Positions 25,595 to 37,050 are shown, counted from the whole stretch's first letter. The stretch: DNA of 63,920 nucleotides, filler included, from Octopus bimaculoides (GCF_001194135.2; 6 parts of 6 records of this genome joined end to end with filler, not necessarily neighbours in it); one strand, 5' to 3'. Numbers and translations: made by a program. Notes: generated by a model not told the origin, from the sequence alone.

Positions 25595-26885
25595 CATAGA
25601 GAGAGTGAGAGAGAGAGAGAGAGAGAGATGGGCGGTTGGAGGGAGGAAGAGAGTGAGGGATGGTGTTATACATGCACATATACATATATGTGTGACACTG
25701 ATTGCTGTAGAAAACTGTGCACGTCGTGTGTGTGTCTGTGTGCGCCTGTTTGTATGTGTGTGTGTGTATGTGTACAGGCATTTATACGTGCATGTATATA
25801 ACTAAAAGTACGAGAACAACGTTCTAGTGTTATAAATATATATTTGTTAGTTTTCCGTATGATCAATTTACCATTCATTTCATAATGACAGTCCAGTATG
25901 GACAAAACCGCCTACCAGATAATTAATGAGAAAAGATGTTATTGGTGTAAGAATTATAAACATTACGTTTAAATACGTTTATATGATATATAACGTATGT
26001 ATTTAGAATGTGAACATTATATCAGTTGTACATTTCTAAACACGTGTTTTTGTATAGAAGTAAATATATATACATATATATATATACATTTATATATNNN
26101 NNNNNNNNNNNNNNNNNNNNNNNNNNNNNNNNNNNNNNNNNNNNNNNNNNNNNNNNNNNNNNNNNNNNNNNNNNNNNNNNNNNNNNNNNNNNNNNNNNNN
26201 NNNNNNNNNNNNNNNNNNNNNNNNNNNNNNNNNNNNNNNNNNNNNNNNNNNNNNNNNNNNNNNNNNNNNNNNNNNNNNNNNNNNNNNNNNNNNNNNNNNN
26301 NNNNNNNNNNNNNNNNNNNNNNNNNNNNNNNNNNNNNNNNNNNNNNNNNNNNNNNNNNNNNNNNNNNNNNNNNNNNNNNNNNNNNNNNNNNNNNNNNNNN
26401 NNNNNNNNNNNNNNNNNNNATATATATATATATACATGTATATAAATGTTCATATATACATAACAATTCAAAAGAAAGTAAGAACATGGCATTTAATAAA
26501 AGTTTATTATCTGCTAGAATCAAACATAGTCCCTTACAGGTGTTTCGATTAAGCCTACCAGATTAAATAGCAACTATTAAAATCATTATATTAGGTAACA
26601 TCTCTTCAGAAGAGTAGAAAAATATGTATCGTTACGCTTTTTTATGTGTTGTATTGTAGGTTGTTTTAGTGGGCAATGGATAACTATGTGAATATAATTA
26701 GGGTTAGAAATAGGTAAATAAATAGAGGTTGAATAGTAATTTACAGTGAAGTAGAATATCATATGAATGAGGAGATAAAATAAATACTTAGGTAAGTTGT
26801 TTATAAGACTGAGAGAATCTTATATAAAAATGATATATAAACATATATTAACACCGGTCAAAAGACATTCGTCTTTAGTTTATGC

Positions 26886-26928
<43 letters not shown>

Positions 26929-26946
26929 TAGATATATGCATCTATC

Positions 26947-27007
<61 letters not shown>

Positions 27008-27829
27008 ACATATACATATATACACACACACAAACAATAGATACAAATATGTACGCAAATATGCTCGCATACATGGGGATACATGTATGTGCACCAATTC
27101 AGGTAAATGAATACATATAAAGAACAGCATACACATACGTATGTATATATATATATATATATATAAATATGTATATANNNNNNNNNNNNNNNNNNNNNNN
27201 NNNNNNNNNNNNNNNNNNNNNNNNNNNNNNNNNNNNNNNNNNNNNNNNNNNNNNNNNNNNNNNNNNNNNNNNNNNNNNNNNNNNNNNNNNNNNNNNNNNN
27301 NNNNNNNNNNNNNNNNNNNNNNNNNNNNNNNNNNNNNNNNNNNNNNNNNNNNNNNNNNNNNNNNNNNNNNNNNNNNNNNNNNNNNNNNNNNNNNNNNNNN
27401 NNNNNNNNNNNNNNNNNNNNNNNNNNNNNNNNNNNNNNNNNNNNNNNNNNNNNNNNNNNNNNNNNNNNNNNNNNNNNNNNNNNNNNNNNNNNNNNNNNNN
27501 NNNNNNNNNNNNNNNNNNNNNNNNNNNNNNNNNNNNNNNNNNNNNNNNNNNNNNNNNNNNNNNNNNNNNNNNNNNNNNNNNNNNNNNNNNNNNNNNNNNN
27601 NNNNNNNNNNNNNNNNNNNNNNNNNNNNNNNNNNNNNNNNNNNNNNNNNNNNNNNNNNNNNNNNNNNNNNNNNNNNNNNNNNNNNNNNNNNNNNNATATA
27701 TATATATATATATATATACACGTTAATATTTCTATGTGATAATAGCAAAATTTTACATTAACCTGGTCGATTGATCGATACTTTTGCTAAAGTGCAATTT
27801 TATTATTCATTAACAAGATTACTATTGAC

Positions 27830-28100
27830 AATCATTTTCATGTTTCAGCCAGATAAGTTATCATCGGACTGTGCTACGTTTGTATTTTCTGTTTTGAGTT
27901 AAAATTTTTCTAGGTAAGCTGAGCTCTCTTGAATGATAATTAGGTTCTATGGCAGGTTGTGTTATTGAAACGTGCGGAGAATTTTTATCGATTAAATTTT
28001 GATTTCTGTTATAGTTCAGAATCTATTCATGCTCAGAGAACTTTTCAATCAAGTGTATCTCAGTTCACGTGGGTTCATAAAGACTAGTTTGGGGGAATGT
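27830..28100 (-). mobile_element. Possible very degenerate Penelope-like 3' region
   Basis: Minus strand shows scattered GIY-YIG-like words (RFNN...ELS) followed by CCGAUGA..GAAACAUG hammerhead-like spacing. Weak. Confidence 0.3.
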
Positions 28101-28907
28101 GCTTGGAGTTCAACACACTTGTTACTACGTATAGTTGTTGCCGTTTCTATTTGAATACTACTAGGATGTTTAATCTTTGCTTAGAGAATGAGAAAGTTGA
28201 GACTTAGAATCCTGTCCAGCATTTAAAGGCTTGTAAATATGGTGTGTCAGTTTTTATTTTATGGAATTTTTAAAGCTTCACCTAAGAATGTAAGCAGGGA
28301 GCAACTTTTTGTTGCTGGACGGGCATCCTTAGCTTTTGTCGATGCTATATATGGTTATTTATCTCTTTCGCTTTTGAAGGCTGCTGATGATCACTTAAAC
28401 ATGTAATGGTGTTATACGTGTTAGAAATAGGTTATTCTTATGTGTTAATGTTCACAAGAGGATTTAGGCATGTATATATATATATATATATATTGATGGC
28501 CAACATATTCATCTCGAGGAGATTATAGAGGTTTTTTTTTCCAGTTGTTTAGTATTTCAGCATTTTAACCTTCCTGTGAGATAAAGTTTCTGGCATTTTT
28601 ATAAACATTTCTATTATTCTGTTACAAACACGGGTATTTTATAATATATTATTTTTGATATAAGAATATGAGCAAAATAGAAAGGCATTAGAAATTGTGT
28701 GAAAATAATCGAAGTTATTCTCTATTTCCTTTGCATATCAGTAAGTGTGTGTCTGTAGATGTGTGCCCTAATTCTCAGCAATTCTGTTAGGGTATTTAAA
28801 TATTTTCTGCAACACTTGTATACTCTAGGGTTGTAATATTATATATATATATATATATGTGTACGATATAGATAATTTAGGAATGAGGTATATATATATA
28901 TATATAC

Positions 28908-28940
<33 letters not shown>

Positions 28941-29276
28941 TACAAAGGTACACTCACATATATATGCATATATATAGGAACGCATAATAAATATACGTAT
29001 AATACATATATACGTAGATATATAATATATATACACACACATGCTAATAGACGAAACACTCAGTCCCTGAGTCACTCTGTAGCTTCTTCCAATTATTAGA
29101 AAAAAACACATATATATATACTCAGGTTTTCATTTGTATTGCGCTTTCTCCAGCATCGAATACATACACACGCATATTTTCACACACAGCCCGAGCAGAC
29201 ATTCACTATTATACACCCACACAGATACATACATACATACATATATATATATACATATTTGTGTGTGAGTACGTGT

Positions 29277-29369
<93 letters not shown>

Positions 29370-31817
29370 CACATATATATGAATTGTAGCGTAATCTATG
29401 ATTTTCAAACAACCATTTGTTTATTTCTCTCATCTAATAACCTGTCTGACACATAAATGTCTCTAATGTTTATAAAACTGTACTGATTTCGCTTGTATTT
29501 GCGAAGTGTATCTATTTATATATCTCAGAGCATGTATGTACTTTAGTATGTGTGTTTTACGTAGGTTTGTGTGTATATTTATTCATGTGATCATATATGT
29601 GTGTTTATGTAAGCCTATGATTGATTTCTCTATTTTTCTTGATGTTCTTGGTGTTAAATTGAAATAACAACAACAGCCTCATGTCTGTTCAATAATTGAT
29701 TGGAATTATGAATTCGTTCACATTTTCTAATCAGTTGCATCTGTCGATAGGTCGTCAATATTATGACCTTACCAAAATTCTGGAAACAAATTTCAACAGC
29801 ATCATTCCCTCGTAGACATAATGCAATATATCATGTAATGCATCGTAGAAATACTGTATAGTAATCGTATTACTCATTAAAAAAAGATTTCTTACTATGT
29901 ATTCGTGAGTAATAACGTCGATATTTTTAGGTTTGTAATAGTGCAAGTGTTGCTTCTTTCCATGTTCGCTAATGACGTTCTGTGTATATGGTATTTGTCA
30001 CATATCTCGTTAGTTCAAATCGCTCTGATGACAGGTTTCTGAAGGATGTTCTTTCCGGATTTTCAAATTTCATGTAAAGAATCTGGCCCACTTTCTGTGT
30101 CCATACATATAGGCTATTCGAAACCTTTCGTGGAGGAAATGGTAGTGTGTCCTTACGGATTTTCTCACTTTTTACGACACTTCTTTAAATTGTTATTATG
30201 TGTGAATTCGACTTCACCACCAGTTACAGTAGTTATTACCAAGTCCCAAATTTATAAAATATTGTTTTAGATTTATGGAACACGAGATTCATGGAAACGT
30301 AAATGTCTATGAGCAATTAGACAAAAGAATGACCTACCAATAACCACTCAATTCCCCGTTATTGTGTATTATTTTCTTATATTTCAAAAGGGAATTTTTC
30401 CGAAATATTTTAGCATCAAAGGCTAGTATAATATCTTTCATTGACAATCTCTCTGATTTCTTCATAATTTTTTTTTTGCAAATGATTATTCAATTGCAGG
30501 TGTTTAGAAGCCATTTAAAAACACACAAAAACCGTTAGATCCACTCCAACATTTAAATTTAATTTGTCAAAATATTTTCGTTGCTTTGAGACCGCAATCA
30601 GGTCGCTTGCTATGCAAGTGCATCTCCGTAAATGATTATTCAATTATATTGTAACACGTCAAGTAAAGTACATTACTCTTTTAAACACTATTCTTTTGTT
30701 AGTGTCCTTCACAAATATTAACTTGTGTGTATAGTTATAAGAAATTGTGCATATATGTTAAGAAATACTGTAAAACGTTTGTTTTGGTGGTTATTTTGCT
30801 CAACAATGATCGAACATGCTATGGCGAAAGAATTGCACATCTCGTCTTGTAATACATAATTGCATTATGTTTCTGCCTTTCTTTCAGATTTGATGGGAAT
30901 CTAGTTGTTATTTCTAGATGGTTGAGAAATTGCGGAAATATTCATGCAGTAACATATTAATTTTGTCACAGGGAAATGCATTTGGCAGAGTATATTTCTA
31001 ACGTTTCTTTCTATCTTCATTTGTAATATCTCGGTAAATCAAAATCTAACTTGAATTCGAATTGAGAACAACATAGGGTGTCATTCATAAACAAAGTGTT
31101 GGCAAGGCAAATTTGAACGAAGCATCAGAATGTTGTTTAATATACATTGCAGTAATTTTTCTGCGTTTTCTGGCTCCGAAATCAAATTGCACCGTGTTAA
31201 TTTTGCTTTGTTGCCTTTAATCCTTTCAGTATTGCATTTTATAGTACAAGTCACGAACAGGGGTCAATTTCATTCTCCTTCTTTCCCTTTCTCATACTAT
31301 CTCTCATAAAATCGTCTATGTTGCATTGTGGGAAAGGATATTGGAGAACACTCAAAGAGAATGGTTTTAATAAGAATTAGAATTTTTTTTCTTGTAGTAA
31401 AACCTAGTGTGATACTGAAGGCAGCCAATGGAATATAGAAATGCAACACATCAGGAAAGCGACATCCAAGACCGGGAAAAATAAAGATAACGTAAGTCGT
31501 TTTTTTCTCTCAGAGTCAGAGTTAGCTTCATGTTGGCTTCGTTTATAATCATATCATGTATAGCGTAAACTTCGATAAGTTTGCATGCGGTGTCGTATAA
31601 GTGACAGGCATGGTATTTCTCTTCAGAGAAAGAAACATGTTTATTTGCTATTTTTCTGTTAACGATAAACCTCGCTTTCTGAAACAGCAGAACTCTCCTA
31701 GTACTCACAATACAAGAATTTATGTATGAATTATATTTGATGCTGCCTTAGTCTCAGACTATTTCTTACTTATTACCCGTAATATCAATACAGCATATTC
31801 ATGTAAGTTGTTATACA

Positions 31818-32028
31818 GGCTGCGGGCTGGCAGAATGGTTAGCACGCCGGGCTAAATGTTCAACGAAACTTCGTCCGTCTTTACATTCTGAGATCAAATA
31901 TCACTGAGGTCGATTTTACTTTTCATTCTTTCGAAGCCTGTAAAATAAGTACCAGATGGGCACCGGGATCAATGTAATCGAATTTTCCCCTCCCACCTAA
32001 TTGCTGGCATTGTACCAACATTTCAAAC
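31818..32028 (+). mobile_element. SINE family B copy
   Basis: ggctggcagaatggttagcacgccgggc...gaggtcgattttacttttcattctttcgaagcctgtaaaataagtaccag. Confidence 0.8.
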
Positions 32029-33570
32029 AAATCTACGTTGTTATATGAATAATAAGCATGACGTTTTTAGGATATCATTTGTTATATTAAATAAATAACA
32101 AATGTCGATTAAAATTTATATCCTCTTCCTTTATAATTTTGATTTTAATCTTCATTTTGTTTTAACCAGTTACATGGAATTTACTTAAGGGACAAATGGA
32201 AACCATCACTTATTGCTTGTTATCAATCGTTAATTGCAAAAGAAAAATATATACCATTTTAGTAATGTCGAAATTAAATTTAATTTCGAATGTTTGCGTT
32301 AAAAGAGAAATCGATAATATTGTTTTTCGAAAGCTGAATGTTTTTGCTTTAGTAAGAATATTTTAATTTAAGTTCAATAACTTCTGTAGATATTGGTTAT
32401 AGAATATAGGGCTCTTCAAAGCCGATCTTGTTTTCCCTTGAAAGGTTTTTCAATTCAATTGCACTGCATCTTAAGTCCGGCAGTCTGGTCCAGCAACAAT
32501 TTTTCAATGTTTCTTGCTGCCATTTCGTGCTTAACTTTACGGAGTACTCAGCCAGGAAGTTTTGTGCTCTGAAACTTGAAAATGAATTATCCAGGTTAAT
32601 TGAAAATGTTTGCCATTTGATAGGAATCTGTGGAAGCTATATGAAAATTTAAATTTCTTTCATACTTTTACATTCTTTTACATTTTGGAAGATTCAATAT
32701 TGTAAAGAAGACATCTGGTGCGTTAACCGAAGCTAAATCCTAAAAAGAATTGTTTCACCTTCTGAAAAGACAAATAACCTATGTCAATTGTCAAATAAAG
32801 TATAGATGTAAAGTGAGAATATGTCGATAATTATATAACCCCGCATAAGCTCTGGTCAAAAAGACTTAAGAGGGTAATTTCAGTGGTCACTAAAATGTCT
32901 AGACTCACATCACTCACACGTGCTAGTGATAAAATACAGCTCTGTAAGTCGTTTTACATGGTCAGGCCTAAAGAGAATACACACATGTATTACGTTCTGA
33001 TTAGGAGAACCGCTTGTCTCAATATCTGGGAAATGGTTGGCTGAAAGAGTCAACAAGTATCCAGCACTCACCCAGAAGCATAAATATTTCCAGGTCAATA
33101 TCCGTGATACAAGAAATGGCAGACAGAAACCAATATCGAAGTCTATACTTGATATTGTGTTAAAATACGTCTTTTATTTTAGCATATCCCAAAGGACAAA
33201 ACAGTACATTAATTTTCAAATTCTATGTGCATATATTCTCTTATATTCCAACGCACTTAGGAGTTGTATCAATCCAGACTTAGAGGCAATAACACTTCAT
33301 ATAGTATATTTGAATAACTTAAGAATTAACTTTGCGTTAGCTTATAGGAATTGTTATACAAATATATTCTTTAGTTATATTCATATCGATAATGTTATAA
33401 ATGAATGATGGCAGTGAAGTATTGTGTTTGATAATGATGACAAATCTCCTATAGCAATATCGAACAGCATGCATCATTATGCAGCAATGTGGAAAATGCT
33501 TACGGCAGAAATAGTTTGCTGCAGTGCTGACGAAGTTTTCTTTCAATAGAATAAGTACAAACATCATTGT

Positions 33571-33760
33571 TAGGTCGCCGTGCGAAATGCTTAGCGGCAT
33601 TTCGTCCGTCTTCAGGTCCTGATTCAAATTCCGCCGAGGTCGACTTTGCCTTTCATTCTTTCGAGGTCGATAAAATAAATACCAGTTAAACACTGGCGTC
33701 GATGTAATCGACTTACCCTCTCCCCAAAGGTCATCCCTTGTGTCTAGAGTCGAAAGGATT
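33571..33760 (+). mobile_element. SINE family B copy
   Basis: gcgaaatgcttagcggcatttcgtccgtc...gattcaaattccgccgaggtcgactttgcctttcattctttcgaggtcgataaaataaataccag. Confidence 0.8.
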
Positions 33761-34058
33761 ATTATTATTATCAAGTTATTTATTTATTATAATTATTATT
33801 AATGATAATACGGATAATAATAGCATCGATAACAACATTAACAATGATGATAATAATAATAATAATGATGATTTTTTTTTATTGGCCACAAAGGCCTCAA
33901 ACATGAAGGACAACATCGAAGGACGAGTTACAACACAAAAAGATTGCAAAATCAAAAGCATGTCGGGTTAACTTCAATCAAGGGGAGATACCACCACATG
34001 AAAGGATATACTAGAGGATATATAATAGAAAGTAGAGAAATGAATAATAATAAATAAA

Positions 34059-34345
34059 TACATTATTTACATTATTTACAATTGACGGATATTTCTTCTC
34101 ATTTTGTTTGTTGTTAACACGACGTTTCGGCTGATATACCCTCCAGCCTTCATCAGGTGTCTTGGGGGAAATTCTGAACCTGGATTCTCATTCCTAAGGT
34201 ATTTTTCGATGTTGTTGTTATTATCATTATTATTATCATTATTATTATTATTATTATTATCATTATTAGTCAGGTCACTGCCTGGAATCGAACTCGAAAT
34301 ATTGGGGTTAGTAGCCCGCGCTCTTAACCACTACGCCATATGCCC
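34059..34345 (-). mobile_element. tRNA-headed non-autonomous element with a hammerhead-containing 3' region
   Basis: Minus strand order: A box TGGCGTAGTGG (34328-34338), B box GAGTTCGATTCC (34284-34295), (AAT)n linker, HHR (34116-34161), AT-rich tail with aatgtaaat repeats. Confidence 0.75.
34116..34161 (-). ncRNA. Minimal type I hammerhead ribozyme, family 1
   Basis: GACAC-CUGAUGA-A-GGCUG[GAGGGUAUAU]CAGCC-GAA-ACGU-C-GUGUU. Stem I 5 bp, stem II 5 bp, palindromic stem III ACGU, GUC cleavage triplet; one extra A after A9. Confidence 0.8.
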
Positions 34346-34350
34346 GTAGT

Positions 34351-34520
34351 GCATATGGCGTAGGAATGAAAACCTATGTTCGAAATTTCTCGAAGACACC
34401 TGATGAGGGTATATCAGCCGAAACGTTGTGTTAACAACAAACAAGATGAGGACAAATATCTGTCAATTGTAAATAATGTAAATATTGTACATAATTCCTC
34501 ATTTCTCTTAAATATAGAAC
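34351..34520 (+). mobile_element. Inverted, internally deleted second copy of the tRNA-HHR element
   Basis: gcatatggcgtag joined directly to gaatga..., then gacacctgatgagggtatatcagccgaaacgttgtgttaacaacaaacaagatgagg..., the reverse complement of 34059-34195. Confidence 0.8.
34395..34432 (+). ncRNA. Hammerhead family 1 copy with shortened stem II
   Basis: GACAC-CUGAUGA-GGGUAUAUCAGCC-GAA-ACGU-U-GUGUU. An 8-nt deletion removes the 5' arm of stem II, leaving about 2 bp. Confidence 0.55.
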
Positions 34521-34701
34521 AATAGATAAATAGATAGAATCCCCAATAGCGAGGTGGTCCATTCAAAGTAATCCGGGATAAATCCCACACAAAAATCCAG
34601 TTTCTTTCCTCCTGCTCAGAAAAGCATGTTTAGAGTAGATTCATTCAATCTCACTAGTTTTGCCACTGTTGATCACCTTTTGATAAACACACTAGAAGGA
34701 A

Positions 34702-34802
34702 GAAAGCTATTGGCTGGTCCAAATTCACCAGTGCCCCTCCAATACCCGATCTATCCCCGACCCGTTCTACAACGTATGGCATGAGGTGGAGATTGCCGTG
34801 GA
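34702..34802 (-). pseudogene. L1/Tx1-clade reverse transcriptase fragment
   Basis: Translates FHGNLHLMPYVVERVGDRSGIGGALVNLDQPIAF, resembling the Tx1-type DNLHLMRY...GALxxLDQxKAF RT motif. Confidence 0.6.
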
Positions 34803-35152
34803 AGAGGAAACCTCTCTTATTGTTTTCGATTTGACCCTACTAATACATTCCCTGCTTTTAGGTCACTTTAAACAGAACCCTTGATTCAATAACACTGTGT
34901 ATCAACTCTTATTTGGAATGACCAATTTCAAAACTGTTGGATTTTACTGATAGGGTATTGGAATCTTAATAATGGATTTACAAATGCAATGACCAATCTT
35001 AAAGATTATTGGATTTTACTCACAAGGTATTGGAATCTTATAAGTATACCATTCTGCCTAAAAAATGGATTTACAAATACAATATTCCCTACATTCACTC
35101 TCTATTTCCTATCTTATCTAAACTAATTATTGCTTAACCATCCTCTCACACC

Positions 35153-35174
35153 GTCTCCGATGAAGGGATATAAT
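35153..35174 (+). ncRNA. 5' half of a hammerhead family 2 motif, truncated by a gap
   Basis: accgtctccgatgaagggata matches the start of 35765-35813 exactly, then N10. Confidence 0.5.
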
Positions 35175-35391
35175 NNNNNNNNNNTATAGGTTATGAAGGG
35201 TATTGGATTCAACCAAACCCAAAGATACAGGTAATACCGAGTAAGTGCTGTATACCGGCTAGTTTGCCCCTGTCGTTGTATAAACACGAGTTGGGAATAT
35301 AACATAGGTCGTGTATTAGCGTGTGTATGTTTAAAGAGAGAAAAAGATAAAGAGACCAATGGCAAAGTTAGAAATATATTTTATGGATAAA

Positions 35392-35440
35392 GTCTTACAG
35401 CTGTTTCAGGGAAAATTCAATGTATCCCTTCATCGGAGAC
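35392..35440 (-). ncRNA. Minimal type I hammerhead ribozyme, family 2
   Basis: GUCU-CCGAUGA-AGGGA[UACAUUGAAUUU]UCCCU-GAA-ACAGCUGU-A-AGAC. Stem I 4 bp, stem II 5 bp, palindromic stem III ACAGCUGU, GUA triplet; core has C at position 4. Confidence 0.75.
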
Positions 35441-35764
35441 GGTAATAGTAGAGGAATGGATTATTACATCTATAATAGGAGATTTGTTGTAAGAAGTAAG
35501 AGCGATGCGCCGAAAAAAGAACAAAGAAGAGACAGTACTTGGAGTGTAGCTTCATTCCATATACGATATGATATATATCCACCTTTGCTACCACAATTAT
35601 CTCCGGAAAATACCCACAAGGATTCTTTATATGGATGTTTACTGCTGGAATGAAGCTACACTCCAAGTATTGTTTCTTCTTTGTTCTTTTGTCAGCGCAT
35701 CGCTCTCACTTCTTACTACAAATCTCCTCTTATAGATATAATAATTCATTACCCTACTATTACC

Positions 35765-35813
35765 GTCTCCGATGAAGGGATACATTGGATTTTCCCTGAA
35801 ACAGCTGTAAGAC
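35765..35813 (+). ncRNA. Minimal type I hammerhead ribozyme, family 2
   Basis: GUCU-CCGAUGA-AGGGA[UACAUUGGAUUU]UCCCU-GAA-ACAGCUGU-A-AGAC; predicted cleavage after 35809. Confidence 0.75.
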
Positions 35814-36373
35814 TTTATCCATAAAATATATTTCTAACTTTGCCATTGGTCTCTTTATATTTTTCTCTCTTTATATATATATATATATATATATNNNNNN
35901 NNNNNNNNNNNNNNNNNNNNNNNNNNNNNNNNNNNNNNNNNNNNNNNNNNNNNNNNNNNNNNNNNNNNNNNNNNNNNNNNNNNNNNNNNNNNNNNNNNNN
36001 NNNNNNNNNNNNNNNNNNNNNNNNNNNNNNNNNNNNNNNNNNNNNNNNNNNNNNNNNNNNNNNNNNNNNNNNNNNNNNNNNNNNNNNNNNNNNNNNNNNN
36101 NNNNNNNNNNNNNNNNNNNNNNNNNNNNNNNNNNNNNNNNNNNNNNNNNNNNNNNNNNNNNNNNNNNNNNNNNNNNNNNNNNNNNNNNNNNNNNNNNNNN
36201 NNNNNNNNNNNNNNNNNNNNNNNNNNNNNNNNNNNNNNNNNNNNNNNNNNNNNNNNNNNNNNNNNNNNNNNNNNNNNNNNNNNNNNNNNNNNNNNNNNNN
36301 NNNNNNNNNNNNNNNNNNNNNNNNNNNNNNNNNNNNNNNNNNNNNNNNNNNNNNNNNNNNNNNNNNNNNNNNN

Positions 36374-36463
36374 AAAAATGAATATCTCAGGAGAGTAAAA
36401 ATGGTGCTAAATTCAAAACTGAACGAGGGGAAAGTATCTATGCAGTAAACACATGGGCGGTCT
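36374..36463 (+). pseudogene. R4/Dong-like LINE fragment (post-RT region)
   Basis: KNEYLRRVKMVLNSKLNEG / frameshift / YAVNTWAV, resembling the R4-clade EYxRRxxxxLxSxLNGxNxxxAINTWAV segment. Confidence 0.6.
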
Positions 36464-37050
36464 CTCCAAAATAATAAGGTCGACTTTACCTTTCAATGAA
36501 ATAAATACCAATTGAACGATGGGTTCTTGTAATCCCCTCCCTCCTGAAAATGTCAGGCTTTTTGCTTAGAATAGAATTTGTATTAGCTGTTAGCTTTCTC
36601 TCTTTTTCATGTTTGCATATATTGTGCCTAAGCAATGTTCACGTACGGCAACTGTCAGATCTATTATTTCTGCATTTAGCCTTGAGCTTTCAAGCTATTG
36701 TTAGTTAGTTTGCATGTGTGTTTGTTTATGTTTTCTCGCTTACTTCCTCTCTTCATCGAGATTTGTGGTATATCAAACATTGAATGTATTATTCTCTCCA
36801 TTTGTTTTTCATGTTTTAAACTCTATCTTGTTTTCTTCACTTTTTTAATCCTCTCAATTGTCATGTTCTTCCCTAAATCTTTTATTTCATATTTTGTGTA
36901 ATATAGTTTCCGGGTGGTGCATCGCGTTTCCATATATACAGAGAGATAAGCATTTCTTTTATCATATTTTCTTACTAAACTTGCAAACCACAAATCGTTT
37001 CTTGCCTACTATTTTTCTCGTTTCACTTATGTTATTTTGTAACGGTGACC

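Larger units (their letters stand above)
35333..35873. repeat. Long inverted repeat (about 227-bp arms, about 86-bp spacer) carrying hammerheads; PLE pLTR-like
   Basis: 35333-35559 is the reverse complement of 35646-35873 with scattered mismatches. Confidence 0.9.

Noticed and set aside
30020-30050. CTGATGA-CAG-GTTT-CTG-AAG hammerhead-like string
   Set aside because: No proper GAAA after stem II and no stem I or III pairing.
29700-30330. Possible decayed transposase in a unique-looking stretch
   Set aside because: No reading frame gave a motif I could assign to a family.
34270-34345. tRNA-like segments here and at SINE heads as functional tRNA genes
   Set aside because: A and B boxes are present but there is no complete acceptor stem or cloverleaf, and they run into repeat bodies.
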